A DNA stretch of 64,000 nt from Octopus sinensis (Eukaryota): the NCBI RefSeq assembly GCF_006345805.1, contig NC_043004.1:68820001-68884000 (forward strand), written 5' to 3'. The translations under genes were made by a program, and so were the position numbers. The first letter of the stretch is position 1; the number at the start of each line of letters is the position of its first letter. Below are positions 51,301 to 64,000 of the stretch, piece by piece. The notes under the pieces were generated by a model. The model saw only the letters and a list, made by a program, of their open reading frames with translations, ran no database searches and was not told the DNA's origin.

Positions 51301-52015
51301 TATTCTAAATACGATCTGGACGACCAGATGCGGTTGCTCCATGTACACATTGGCACATTCGGGCGGTCCAGTCGGTACTTTTCAGACAGTTGTAAATGTC
51401 TGAGCGAGTCTTTGAGGCATTTACATCCCCTCCTATTACTATCTCTGCCCACGTAGTCTAGATGTGTGTCCAGGATTGCGTTCCAGTCCCCCACTAAAAG
51501 TAAAGGTCGAAACGTTCCCAGGAAAACCTCTAGACGTCGAAAGAAATCCGGTAGACTTGTTAAGGACGGTACATGAACTGTTATCAGTCGAAAAGCACAC
51601 TCATCACTGCTATCGACATCCAAGACAACCTCCTACCTTCCGGTTCTAGGAAAATTGCTCTTATTTTGAGGTCCAGACACTTCCGAAGAAGAACCGCGGT
51701 GCAACCTCCGCCCATTCTCGTGAGACACGGAGAAAAATAAATGTCGAAATGTCCGCCGAAGATGTGCTGGAGGGCCCGCGAGCTGCGAAGTCTGGTCTTG
51801 CTGATGGCTATGATATGCAGATTCTGTGACTTAACAGGTAGCCTTGTTTCCAAGGCGACCCCAAGCCACATACATTTATACTGCCTATTTTGAGCATGTT
51901 CCTATTGAAAGTTGTGTTTTACACACGAAAGGAAGACGAAAGAGAAGGAGAAAGAAAGAGAGAGAGAGAGTCACTGCTCGAAAGTTGTTTGTCCTTCACC
52001 TAAGTCTTCTCCTAG

Positions 52016-52017
<2 letters not shown>
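48347..52017 (-). mobile_element. Tx1-clade LINE, 5'-truncated just upstream of ORF2, degenerate, flanked by (GATA)n on both sides
   Basis: APE (GSINVCGLGSPWKQGYLL; LVGDWNAILD), RT (NFRPITLLNADVKILAK; YTDDV) and C-terminal CCHC remnants; 3' end TGTGGCTAATAAAGAT joined to TATC run at 48346; 5' end joined to GATA array at 52018. Confidence 0.93.
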
Positions 52018-52113
<96 letters not shown>

Positions 52114-52114
<1 letters not shown>

Positions 52115-52861
52115 GTTTCTTTATTGGCCACAAAAAAACAAAAGAAACAAAAAAAGGGGTGGCGTAGGTTTTCGATCAAGAGGGATCGTAAAAGGGAAAA
52201 AAAAGAACAAAAAAAAATAAAATAAAAAATAAAAAATAAAAATAATAAAAAAAAGAAGAAAAGGAAAAGGAACAAAAGAAAAGAGAAATGAAAAAAGAAG
52301 AAAAAAGGGGAAAAGGAAAAAAAACGATCAATAGGGATCGTGTATCACAGTGTTATGATATATGGTGTAAAGGGGAAAGCAAGTAAGGTTTACCCGTGGG
52401 AAGAAAAGCCTACGAAAAAGACCACGGTAACCTTGGTCAATATTGTTATATGTTACCACATTTGTTTGCAAGTGGGTAACCCTCTGCTTTCAATTTCTGG
52501 GTTCATAGGATTATGCTCAAGGTGGCTTCGTCATTCATACGTGCCATCCTTGCTACATTCATCCATCTTTTTTTAAAACATTCACTAGACAAAACTTGCC
52601 TCTCTACTCTCACTTTCCTTTTCAAGTGGTACTTGAAGAAGTTGATGAGAGGTTGACCAGAGAGGAAAGTGTTTGTCTCCAATCTTTTCAGACGCGTCCA
52701 CCAGATACATTCTTTCGCCATAGCCACAAGGATGATGAAAATAGCTCTTCCTTCCCGTTTGAAGGAAGGAGGCGTGACAATATTGACGATAGACTCAGCT
52801 GATAAACCGACTCGTCCCACACGTGACAGCAGTTGTTCGACATAAGCCCACAGGTCGGAAA
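52114..52861 (-). mobile_element. 5'-truncated Tx1 copy (~750 bp: ORF2 C-terminus and 3'UTR)
   Basis: ORF 52503..52820 nearly identical to the C-terminus of 53799..55205; both junctions in GATA arrays. Confidence 0.93.
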
Positions 52862-52862
52862 T

Positions 52863-53391
<529 letters not shown>

Positions 53392-53798
53392 AGATAGATA
53401 GATAATGTTTCTTTATTAGCCACACAGATAGAACAAATTACAAGGTAGAGCTTTTCTTTTGAAGGTAAAAAAAATAATAAAAAAAATTTTTTTTTTAAAT
53501 AAATAAATAAAAATTAAAAAAAGGGGGGGTCGATCAAAAGGGATCGTAAAAGGAGAGAAAGAGGACAAAAAAAAGGGGGGTTAAAAAAAAGGGGGAGAGG
53601 AAAAAAAATTGATCAATAGGGATCGTTATCACAGAAATGTCAATATGAAGTGTAAAGGGGAGGACAGGTGAGGTTTACCCGTGGAAAGAAAAGCCTACGG
53701 AAAAGACCACGGTAACCTCGGTCAATGAAGTCACATGTTATATTTCTTTTTTTTTTTTTTTTTGCAAATAAGCAACTCTCTGTATTAATTTTTACGGT

Positions 53799-56700
53799 TC
53801 ATAGAATCATAGTCAAGGTGGCTTCGTCATTCATACGTGCCATCCTTGCTACATTCACCCATCTTTTTTTAAAACATTCACTAGACAAAACTTGCCTCTC
53901 TACTCTCACTTTTTTCTTCAAGTGATACTTGAAGAAGTTGATGAGAGATTGACCAGAGAGGAAAGTGTTTGTCTCTAATCCTTTCAGGCGCGTCCACCAG
54001 ATACATTCTTTCGTCATAGCCACAAGTATGATAAAAATAGCTCTTCCTTCCCGTTTGAAGGAAGGAGGCGTGACGATATTAACGATAGACTCGGCTGATA
54101 AACCGACACGTCCCACACGTGACAGCAGTCGTTCGACATAAGCCCACAGGTGGGAAAATGCTGGACACTGCACGATTGCGTGCAGAGCGGTTTCGTCGCT
54201 CTGCCCGCATCTCGGGCAGGTCGGCCCCGTGTTTCTCGAGCCATGCCTATAGAGCTTATCCCGAACGGGTAGCGCTTCTCGGTAGCACCGCCAGGCCAGG
54301 GATCTCTGGAAGTTGTCCATAGGTCCCGGGCCGAAAGTCGTTTGAAACAGGCGGGTCAGGTATTCCTTGTCGACGCCCAGGTTTGCCGCGAGCTCGTCGT
54401 CGTACCTCCCCTCCACTAATCCCCTATAGAATGCTTTGGTTGTGTTGAAGTCACTCAAGGTCGACCCGGGGCGGCAGAGTTGCTTGAGAGCAACGCGACA
54501 CTCGCGGTGCCATTCGCCCTTCCTCGGCCTCTTTTTGATCCACGACTGTAGTTCGGTCATGGAGACAAGTTGCGGGAATGCGTGCCTCACAAATGGCGAC
54601 CACACCTGTTCACCGTCGTCTACATAGAGCCGGAGATGTCGCAGTCTCAGCGCGTGTCTGCGCATCATCAACCACGGCATGCCCAGCCCTCCTTTTAACG
54701 GGTGTTGACAGCAAATGGATCGCCTGACCATCGGGACGCATCCTTTCCACAAGAAGCGGAAGAGGATGCGTTCTAGTTTGGTGATGGTAGGGTCGGGACA
54801 CGGTACGACGGTCAGGCGGTAGTAGATGATGGACGCGATGTACGCGTTCACCACCTCCGCCCGACCTTTTAGGGACAGTTTCCTCTCGGTCCATTGCTGG
54901 GCGAGAGTGACCACCCTACTCGTTATCTCGTTCCAGTTCTTCTCCATTTGGAGGTCCGGACCGAACCAGACCCCGAGCAACTCAACCGGGCCGTCTGTCC
55001 AGCGTCCCACGACGGAGGTACTGGTGGACGGCATGGGCTTGCTTCTCCAGGTGCCGAGCCGCAGGCCCACTGACTTTTCCGGTTGATTTTTGCTCCTGTC
55101 ACCGCTTCGTAGTCTTTCAGTGTCTCGCCGACCAGCTCGATGTGCTCGTGGCTTGACACCATGACGGTGACGTCGTCCGCGTATGCAGACACGCTCGTCC
55201 CGCATCCCAATTCTCGCGGGATGCCCCTTAGAGTCGCCAGCTTCCGCAGTAGTGGCTCAAGAGTCAATACGTATAGAAGCGCCGAGAGGGGGCATCCCTG
55301 ACGGACCGAACGTGCAATGTCGAAAGGTCTCGATAGATGTCCATTTACGTGAATTACCGAACGGATGCCTCTGTACAAGGCAGCTATCCAGCCGCGGAAG
55401 ACGGGACCGAAACCAGCCGCTCTCAGGACTGCCTCCAAGTATCGATGGTCTACCCTATCAAAGGCTTTCGATTGATCCAAGTTGATCAGGGCCCCACCCA
55501 TGCCAGGTTCGTTAACTACCCTGTCTATGATGTAGCGCATCAGATGGAGGTTGTCATGGATGCTCCGGCCCGGCACGGCGCACGTTTGTGCGTTGTCGAC
55601 CAGTTTCTCGATGACAAGCGCCAACCTCTTGGCTAACACCTTTGTCAAAATTTTCAGGTCTGCATTGAGCAGCGTGATTGGTCTAAAGTTATCTATAATG
55701 TTTCCCTTGTTTGGATCTTTCTTCTCGACTCACAAAACCGGGTATGCTCCCGTTTTGCTGCCAGTTGCAGTATACCGCTGCCAAGACGTCTCCAAACAAG
55801 TCTGGCATACAATTGTAAAACTCGTAGGGTAGACCATCCAAACCCGGTGATTTGTCCCTCGAGCATTCTGCTATCGCTTCCTGCACTTCCGCCGCCGTGA
55901 TGGCACCTTCGCAGCACCCTGCCTTTCTTGTCGAGAGTCGTGGCAGGCTATGTAGGTAGGCACTGAAGTCCACCCTACGTTCTTGCCCTCCACTCGTCCC
56001 GAACAGTCGGGCAAAATGCTGCTGAAAGGCCTCACACATTTTACTTGGCTCGAGCAATTCGCGCCCCTGTTCATCTACCAGTGACCGAATGGTGGCTTTG
56101 TTGCCCTGTTGCGCCTCTGCCACCCGGGCCTCTCTCGCGGCTCCAACACCTTCGTTCCTTAGAGCACGCATCCTAGCTCTGACAGCACATCCTTCGTGTT
56201 TGGCGTTGAAGTGTTGGTCGAGGGCCAACCTCGCCGCCAAAACGTCGGATGCGATGCCGCTTCTAATTGCCTCTTCTAGCTTCTTAACTAGCTCACCCTC
56301 TACTCTATTTCTATCTATGGCTAGTGTTTTGCTGTACCTAATCGCTTCTGCTTTTACTGCTCTCTTGAGGGCAAACCACCATTTGTTGTTGATGATGGCT
56401 CCCGTCAAAGCCCTCTTTACTAGTGTGCTAATCCGGTCTCTGAAAACTTGTCTGGACGGGAATGATGCGTTCAGTTTCCAGTACCCAGGACCCTGTCTAT
56501 GTGCCTTATCTAAGTCTAGCGTACACGTCACCAATTTGTGATCCGTGTAGCTGACTGTGTGGAATTGTGGACATCCTAAGTTATCCTTGTCTACTGTCCT
56601 ACACAGTATCCTATCTAGATACGATCTCGACGACCCACTGCGGTTGCTCCATGTCCACGTTGGTGCATTGGGTGGTCGAGTCGGTACCTGTCAGACAGTT

Positions 56701-57217
56701 GGAATCGTCTGAGCAGGTCTCTGAGGCATTTGCATCCCCTTCTGTTTCTGTCTCTACCCACGTAGTCTACATGCGTGTCCAAGGTAGCATTCCAATCCCC
56801 CACTAAGAGTAAAGGACGAGACGTTCCCAAGAATACTTCTAGACGTCGAAAGAAATCCGCCCGACCTGTTAAGGGCGGTGCGTAGACTGATACGAGTCGA
56901 AAAGCGCACCCATTGCTGCCGTCAACATCCAGAACGATCAGTCTACCCTCCGGGTCTACGAATATCGTCTTGACTTCGGGATCCAGGCTCTTGTGAAAAA
57001 GTACCGCGGTGCCACTACCGCCCATCCTCGGCAGACAGGGAGCGAAATAAATGTTAAACTGTCCGCCAAACATGGACTTTAGGGCCCGTGGCTCGTGGAG
57101 TCTGGTCTCACTTATGGCTATGATTCCCAAATCATGTGACTTGATGTCATTTAGGAGGTATCCTTGTTTCCAAGGAGACCCCAAGCCACGCGCATTCACA
57201 CAACCAATCTTGACCAT
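53799..57217 (-). pseudogene. Tx1 ORF2: APE endonuclease + reverse transcriptase + CCHC, broken by about three frameshifts
   Basis: MVKIGCVNARGLG...ISETR...VGDWNA (APE); SPGLDG, LDQSKAFDRVDH, VRQGCPLS, YADDV (RT); CPRCGQSDETALHAIVQC. Breaks near 56640, 55715 (short deletion) and 55080. Confidence 0.93.
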
Positions 57218-57267
57218 GATTCTATTGGGGTGTGTGCTTTAAAACACACAAATGAAAGTACAGAGAG

Positions 57268-59381
57268 TTACTTACTTGTGTTGAAAGTTTTGGCTTCCTC
57301 GTTCTTTGATGTGTCTTCGAGGAGGTTTTTATATAGTTTTTGGGACAGATATTTCTGGAAACCCCCTACAGCATTTGGGAAGAGGGCTTTGAGTTTGTGG
57401 TGTTGTGTTTGTGTGATGTGTAGTATTTTGATGTGTTTGGGTGGTGTAGTGCGTGGATGATTGCTATTTTTAAAGTCATCTTCACAAATGTTTGTGTATC
57501 CAGTGATGTACTCCATTAGTTTGGAGTCTTTGGTGTCTATCGCTGATAGCATTGTTTTTGTGGTGTTGGTGCTTGTTTTGTTGTGTATGGAGTTTTCAGG
57601 GTTCAGGTATCTCCCTGCTTTGGTTGCGATTTCTTGTTTGGTTTTTCTTGATCTTTTTCTTTTACCCCCTGTGGCTATTTGCCATTCTGTCGAACTTTCA
57701 TCGTTAGATAAAAAGTCTGACGAATCAGCAGGGGGCAAGGGTAAAGCGTCTGGGTGTGTTTGTGCGGTTGTAGATATTGTTGTGGTGCGCGGGGAGGGTG
57801 TTGCTGGGGGTTTGTTGTGGTTATTGTCTCTCCTACATCCTTGGTGCTTGTCTTCTTCGTTGTTATTCTTGGTGTTGGAATTGGTTTATTTGTTGTTGGT
57901 GGTGATGATTCTGTTCTTGGCGCTGGTGTTGGTGTTGTTTGGTTGGGTTGGCTTGTTCTTTGTTGTTTTTCCTGCATTTCCGCATACAGCTTCTTGACTA
58001 GCTGTCCATATTGTGGTGTGGGCAATAATCCTGGCTTTTGTGATTTTTCCTGTGGCTGTTGTTGTTGTTGTAATTTTGCGGCAGATTTGCACTCCTTTTT
58101 GAGGTGTGCCTCACTGCCACATGTATAGCATCGTGGCCTTCTGCCCTCGACTACTACGTATAACTTGCGGCCATCCTCAAGATGTACGTGGGTGGGGATT
58201 TTATTTATGTCCTCTTGACTTATGTGGAAGAGGAACTCTATTCTCTTTCCCAGCCAGTCCTTGTTTTCCGAAACACCGATATCTAGGATGTTTAAGTCCT
58301 CCATTTCGGATGTTAAGGCGGATGTTATCCACAGTGTTGTAGTCACTTGGGGGACACCACTGATAATGACCTTCGTCACCTTCTGGCCGAGGTAACTCGG
58401 TGTCATCGTTAGTTCATCAGAATGAAGGGTTATCGTTGAGAATTTCTTCGCCAACTCTTCATTCTGAAAAACCACCTGTACGTGTGCGAACTTGTTCGCC
58501 CAAGTCACACAATCCTTGTATCCCCAGATGGGGCGTAAGCACTTTTCGACTTTGTCTGTGCTTGCCTTTTCTGGACTTTTAGTTTTTTTATTTGTGATTT
58601 TATATACAATTGTCTTTTTTTTCTCCTCATTCAGTATGTGTTGAGGTATGTGTAAGAGTATTTTTCCGTTTTCATTTGTAATAAGGTTTCTGCAATCTTT
58701 AATCTGTTGTGTAGTAAACGAAACTTTTGTTACCTTTTCTTTTATCGCCTCGGCGAAGTTTGTTGTTGTTTTGTTATTGTTGTTACTGCCGGTGGTGTTG
58801 GTGTTGATGGCAGGGGTGTGGGTTGTAGGTTTGTGGTTGCTGATTATGCAACTAGCAAGGGGTGGAAAATTGCCTGCGTAATTTAGTCCTGCATTAGCGC
58901 AAATTTCGGCATTTCGTTTGCTTGTCGTCGTTATTTTTTCACTTGTTGGTGATGGAGTGAGCAGTGGTTGAAGGGAATTGTTGTTGTCGTCGTCGTCGTT
59001 GTTGTTGTTGTTGTTGTTGTTATTGTCGTTCTTGGTGACGGCGGTGGTGTTAGTGGTATTAGTAGCATTGACGGCACGGTCTTTGGTGGCGGTGATGGTG
59101 ATGTTGGTATTGTTATTGGTGGCGATGTCTTTAGTAGGGATAGCAGTTTTAGTAGCAGATTCTGCCATGGTGTTGTTGTCGGTGTTGGTGGTGGACTCAC
59201 TGATGGTGTTAACGGTGCTTGGCCTTGCGACCTTTGTTTTGTATTTGTTGCTGTTGTCGATGTTGATGGTGGTGGAGGTGGTGTTGTTGTCAGGTTCAGC
59301 GTATGCTAACAGAGCATCCTGTTTTTCTGTCTCTGCGTCACGCTTGACTTGCACCTCAGCCTCGTGGTGACCAGTGGCCAT
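57268..59381 (-). CDS. Tx1 ORF1 (Thr/Asn-rich N-terminus, RRM-like region, one CCHC knuckle), probably one frameshift near 57800
   Basis: ATG 59381; ORF 57675..59411 contains CYTCGSEAHLKKEC (CX2CX4HX4C); continuation in ORF 57268..57738 matches the ORF1 tail of the 26-kb copy. Confidence 0.8.
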
Positions 59382-59600
59382 TTTGGAAATAAAATGGCTA
59401 AATGAAACCACGAAGGCTATGAGAATTCTTTCTTTTAAATTTTGCCCACAAGGGGCAAACTTTTGTGTAGATATTTATCAAAAGTTTGCAGTGGATGTTG
59501 TTGCACAACTTTTAAACACAAAATATTTGTCAATATACACTTTTGAACGTATAAAAATACCAACTTACGTGGAGCCCATTTGACTTGCGTCTGTCTGTCC

Positions 59601-59831
<231 letters not shown>

Positions 59832-59984
59832 AACGGAAGGAAGGAAGGAAGGAAAAGGCTAACAGTGACTTCATAGTTTCGCCGTGGGCCGGTTTCAACA
59901 GTCTTTACTTGAATGAGGTCAGGGGTCCTTCAGGTTATGCTTCATGGCCGTTATGAATGACTGTACTCAAATTATACACACAGC

Positions 59985-60034
<50 letters not shown>

Positions 60035-60371
60035 TGTGTGAGTTCGTGTGCGGTGTCATCCAATTTAATTTATGCTGAAATACCAGACAGCAATCGTTGT
60101 TGCGGTTTACTTTTTATCGATTTTTTTTTTTGTGTGTGCTATTCTATTGCGTTGTTTACAAAAGTCCGTGAAAATTTATAGCATACATAGATAAACAGAT
60201 ATATGTACTTAGATGGAACATCTGCTTCGAAGATGTGGAGTAAAAACGGTAGTAACAGCTTTGTATAAGTGTTTCAGTGCATACATACATACATACATAC
60301 ATACATACATACATACATACATACATGCATGCATACGTACGTACATACGTACGTGCATTCCACCTACCTAT

Positions 60372-60597
60372 TTCTTTACTACCCACAAGGGGCTAAACAC
60401 AGAGGGGACAAACAAGGACAGACACACGGATTAAGTCGATTACATCGACCCCAGTGCATAACTGGTACTTAATTTATCGACCCCGAAAGGATGAAAGGCA
60501 AAGACGACCTCGGCGGAATATGAACTCAGAACGTAACGGCGGACGAAATACGGCTACGCATTTCGCCCGGCGTGCTAACGATTCTGCCAGCTCACCA
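60372..60597 (-). mobile_element. SINE family A
   Basis: Reverse complement of 15805-16038. Confidence 0.85.
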
Positions 60598-60639
60598 CCT
60601 ACCTATCTACCTTCTTACCTACATATATATGCATATATA

Positions 60640-60935
60640 CCTATCTACTAACATACCTACATACATACATACATACGTACATTGAAGGAGCCTTGGATCT
60701 AGGTTAGAAACCGGTTCTTTCTCTATTGGCAAGAAAACTTCAAATAAACTGAATAATGACATACATACAAGCATACATACATACATACATACATACATAC
60801 AAGCATACATACATACATACATACATACATACATACATACATACATACATACATACATACAAGCATACATACATACATACATACATACATACATACATAC
60901 ATACATACATACATACATACATACATACATACATA
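60640..60935. repeat. (ACAT)n arrays
   Basis: Direct reading. Confidence 0.95.
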
Positions 60936-61950
60936 CAAAAATCTTTTAACCACCAAGTGTCGAAGTGCATCCCTTGACCAAGTTTGCATGCATGAGGCTG
61001 ATAACATCATAAGACTTGGAAGGCAGCTCCTTGAGCAACATTCCTTGTTTGCTAACCTAGAATACATTCCCAAAGAAGTCGCACGACTCTACCGCAACGT
61101 ATCATCAGGTGAAAGGATGAGCCTGTATGAACAGAAAATTATGCATGGATATGTTAGTAGAAAGCTCCTAGATGATAGTAACATTGATTATCATAGCAGT
61201 GTATCTTGAACCAATAGTCGGATTACTACCTCCCACTTTGAAGGGTATGCGTTTGAAATCCAGGAACAGAAAATATCAACAAAAAGGAAAAGCAGTAAAA
61301 TGTGACAACTGATGCAGACTTTGTGGAGTCAACACCGAAGATATTACCCACGTCAGAAACAGCGTCCGAAAATGTCATCACGGTGTTATCTGCCGATGAG
61401 ACATGATGTTGGAGCTGGGATACTGTATAATGAAATCCGTCAGAAAGATAACTCCGAGAACAAAGAAATAAGAACCCACAGTATGGTAGAAGCCATAATA
61501 AAAAGGAGTACTTGTAGAATGTCCCAGTGAAGATCTCAATATAATGTAACCACAACAGACCTGATATAATGATTTGGGACAGAGAAGAGAAATTGTGTTC
61601 AGTTGTGGAAATTAGCTGCCCAGCGGATGCTAACATAAAACTGAAGATCAGCGAAAAAGAGAGTACCTAAGCTGAACTATTCAGAAATCTGCAGTTACAC
61701 TATATAGATTACAAGTTCAAGTTTATACCTATAATTATTGGGACCCTGGGATATGTAACAAGCTGCCTAAATACCAATCTTGAGAACCAGAAAGGAGAAA
61801 GCTAATTCGAAGAGTACAGATCCAAACCATCACTGGAACTGTAAAAATCTGTAAAATGTTCCAGAAGTTTATCATTTAAATATATATGAGCATATCTAGA
61901 TATGCAACTATACACATGAGAATACATACGTAAAACAAAACATACAAATC
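60936..61950 (+). mobile_element. 5'-truncated R4/Dong-clade (restriction-like endonuclease) non-LTR retrotransposon
   Basis: Frame-broken remnants EGYAFEIQEQKIST, CRLCG..TEDITH, Y..RHD, NRPD..IWD, VEISCPAD, IPIIIGTLG: CCHC knuckle plus PD-(D/E)xK nuclease; (ACAT)n on both sides. Confidence 0.8.
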
Positions 61951-61987
61951 TGCACATATACATACATACATACATACATACATACAT

Positions 61988-64000
61988 GATTGTTGCTAAC
62001 TTGATTTTGAGTAGAGCCATTGCCTGGTTTCTTTATGCCCTAGAATATCATCTATGAGCTGCATGAGTATGGCTTTTGAGGCTTGCCAATGACTTATATG
62101 CTTTTTGACAATTAATGCAAGAAAACTTGGTGATTATACAGTTTACAGCTCCATGACCTTCACTATGCCTTTTCAAGCCACTTTTTGATCTGCATACTTT
62201 ATGACAGAGTATGCATTCGAAATCATCCGTCCATCTATAATCAAAGTGTGGTTGTGCAATGTGTGATTTCAAATGGCTTTTTAGCCCAGCCTTACTAAGA
62301 CAATTCTTTCCACATTCATCACATGTAAGATCATCACGTTCATTAATGCTTGTTAGAACATCATTCCTGTCACTTTTTCTCATTTTACTTTTGATCTTAG
62401 CTTGCTCCATTCTCTCCCTTTCAAAATTATTTTTGCCTTCATACACAACTTTTTTCCATTTTTCTCAGCAATGCACTAAATCTTCCCCGTTGTCAATTGG
62501 AGCATTTATCTTATTCAATCTCGACTTCACACAATCATTGTACAAATTGGTTTGTGGGACGGACGCTTACCTGTCACCAAATTCTCCGTAAAAAAAGTTG
62601 TTCAGGCATTCAGTTGTTTGTCATTCTGACTAAGTGTCCACTCCATCTCAATCTGTACTGCAATAGCAAAGCTTCAATACTGAAGCGTTTACCTCTTTCA
62701 AGCACTTCATTGTCACTCACAAACATTTTCCAGCTGATCCTCAAAATCCTTCTGAGACATTGTTGATGAAAACGTTCCACAAGTTTTAAGTGCTTCCGAT
62801 ACACAGTCCAGGTTTTGCAAGCTTACAATAAAGAGGTTAAGATACATGTATTGTATACCTTAATTTTTGTCGCAGTGGAAATACCATGTCTAGACCATAG
62901 GCGGGCTTCCAGTTTGCCAAAAACAAAACTGGCTTTCTGAGTGCGTAGTGACACTTCATCAAGATTCACTGATGCGTTTAGTGTGCTCCCTAAGTAAACA
63001 AGCTTAGAAACCACCGCAAGTTTTCTTCCATACACGAAGATACCAAGTTCTATGTATGCCATTCCTGGTTCTGGTTAGATTTATGGTTAAGCCAAGTGCC
63101 TCACACGCCACTGAAATTACAGTCATAAGATTTTGCATGTCCTCTTCAGTATGAGTGACAATATCACAATCATCTGCATTGAGGGGGTCTCTAATAAGAG
63201 TTGAGGACGTCTTTGACTTAACTGACAGTCTTTTGATGCTAAACATTTTCTTGCTGTGCGATATCTGATATATATGCCTTCATATGAGCGTTTGAAACTC
63301 AATTGAAAAACTATAGTAAAATAGAGGGTGAAGAGAGTGGGTGCTAGTATGTCACCTTGTTTTGCCCCATTCATGACAGAGGCTCCGAGAGCTTTCCACC
63401 AATGTTGATCCTTACTTCCATGCCATCATGAAACTACTTCAGAATAGTGAGAAACTCTACCGGGCATCCAAGTCTCCTTAAGATCTCCCACAAGGCAGTT
63501 CGATTAACAGAGTCAAAAGCCTTAGTAAGATCAATGAACACCTAATAAAGTCCTATTTGCTGTTCTACACACTTTTCCTGTAGCTGCCGTGCAAAGAAAA
63601 TCATCTCAACAGTACCCCTACCATTTCTGAATCCTCTCTGTGATTCAGGAAGAATCTCATTAGCCACATATATCTACAGCCGGTCTAACATTGTTCGTGA
63701 TAAAACAGACAAATACCACGAAGGTTATTGCATTCATCCTTTTGTCCCTTAGACTTGAACACAACTTCCATGACTGCATCCTTCCAGTTTTTGGCATAAA
63801 CTTCATTTTTCCATATCTTCTGTATTACTGCCGTCAGCATTTCTAGCAAGTAATACGCCCGAATTTTAAATAGTTCTACATTCAGATGATCAACTCCCGG
63901 TGCTTTGACAGTTGTTTAGCTTTGATACTGCTTTTTATTGTTTCCTCCACTGACGGGGTGTCATCTAAGCACTCAATGGGTGCATTCTGTGGAATCATAT
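61988..64000 (-). mobile_element. RTE-clade LINE 3' half with three C2H2-like fingers, continuing beyond the window
   Basis: GAKQGDILAPTLFTLYF, ADDC, YLGSTL, FHQQCLRRILRISW, LRWSGHLVRM, CDECGKNCLSKAGLKSH; frameshifted; ends in (TATG)n on its own strand. Confidence 0.9.

Larger units (their letters stand above)
53405..59600 (-). mobile_element. Near-full-length Tx1/L1-clade non-LTR retrotransposon (6.2 kb) inserted in (GATA)n
   Basis: 5'UTR, ORF1, 51-bp spacer, ORF2, pyrimidine-rich 3'UTR ending AATAAAGAAAC; GATA arrays on both sides (to 53404 and from 59601); no poly(A) tail. Confidence 0.95.

Noticed and set aside
53799-57217. Bacterial contamination or horizontal transfer suggested by higher GC
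   Set aside because: Sequence encodes APE-RT LINE motifs, is multicopy in the window and is joined to host microsatellites.
62048-62446. Host C2H2 zinc-finger gene
   Set aside because: Collinear with and directly downstream of RTE reverse-transcriptase remnants on the same strand; it is the LINE C-terminus.

Overview
AT-rich, microsatellite-dense animal genomic DNA, probably a coleoid cephalopod such as Octopus (inferred from the SINE families, not checked by search). Most of the window is transposon-derived. Three host genes are supported. (1) A two-exon family-32 (DxD) glycosyltransferase, join(10445..11084,17725..18191), 368 aa. (2,3) A head-to-head pair of paralogues encoding the same basic, Lys/Pro-rich 294-aa protein with no domain I recognise: minus copy ATG 39445..39443 spliced to 29699..28818, plus copy ATG 41540..41542 spliced to 44063..44944. 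The pair forms a nested palindrome: near-identical ~1.9 kb arms around the coding exon, much more diverged arms around exon 1/promoter. The second main system is a Tx1/L1-clade LINE whose every intact junction in its main cluster abuts a (GATA)n array: one near-full-length copy (53405-59600) stacked head-to-tail with truncated copies, plus a 5' junction at 15420. Also present: a type I hammerhead-ribozyme-like motif (13342-13401, minus), an R4/Dong-like RLE retrotransposon fragment inside (ACAT)n, RTE LINEs, Helitrons, Tc1/mariner/pogo remnants, a Gypsy LTR, several MITE-like palindromes and many SINEs. Coordinates were counted by hand; repeat boundaries are approximate.
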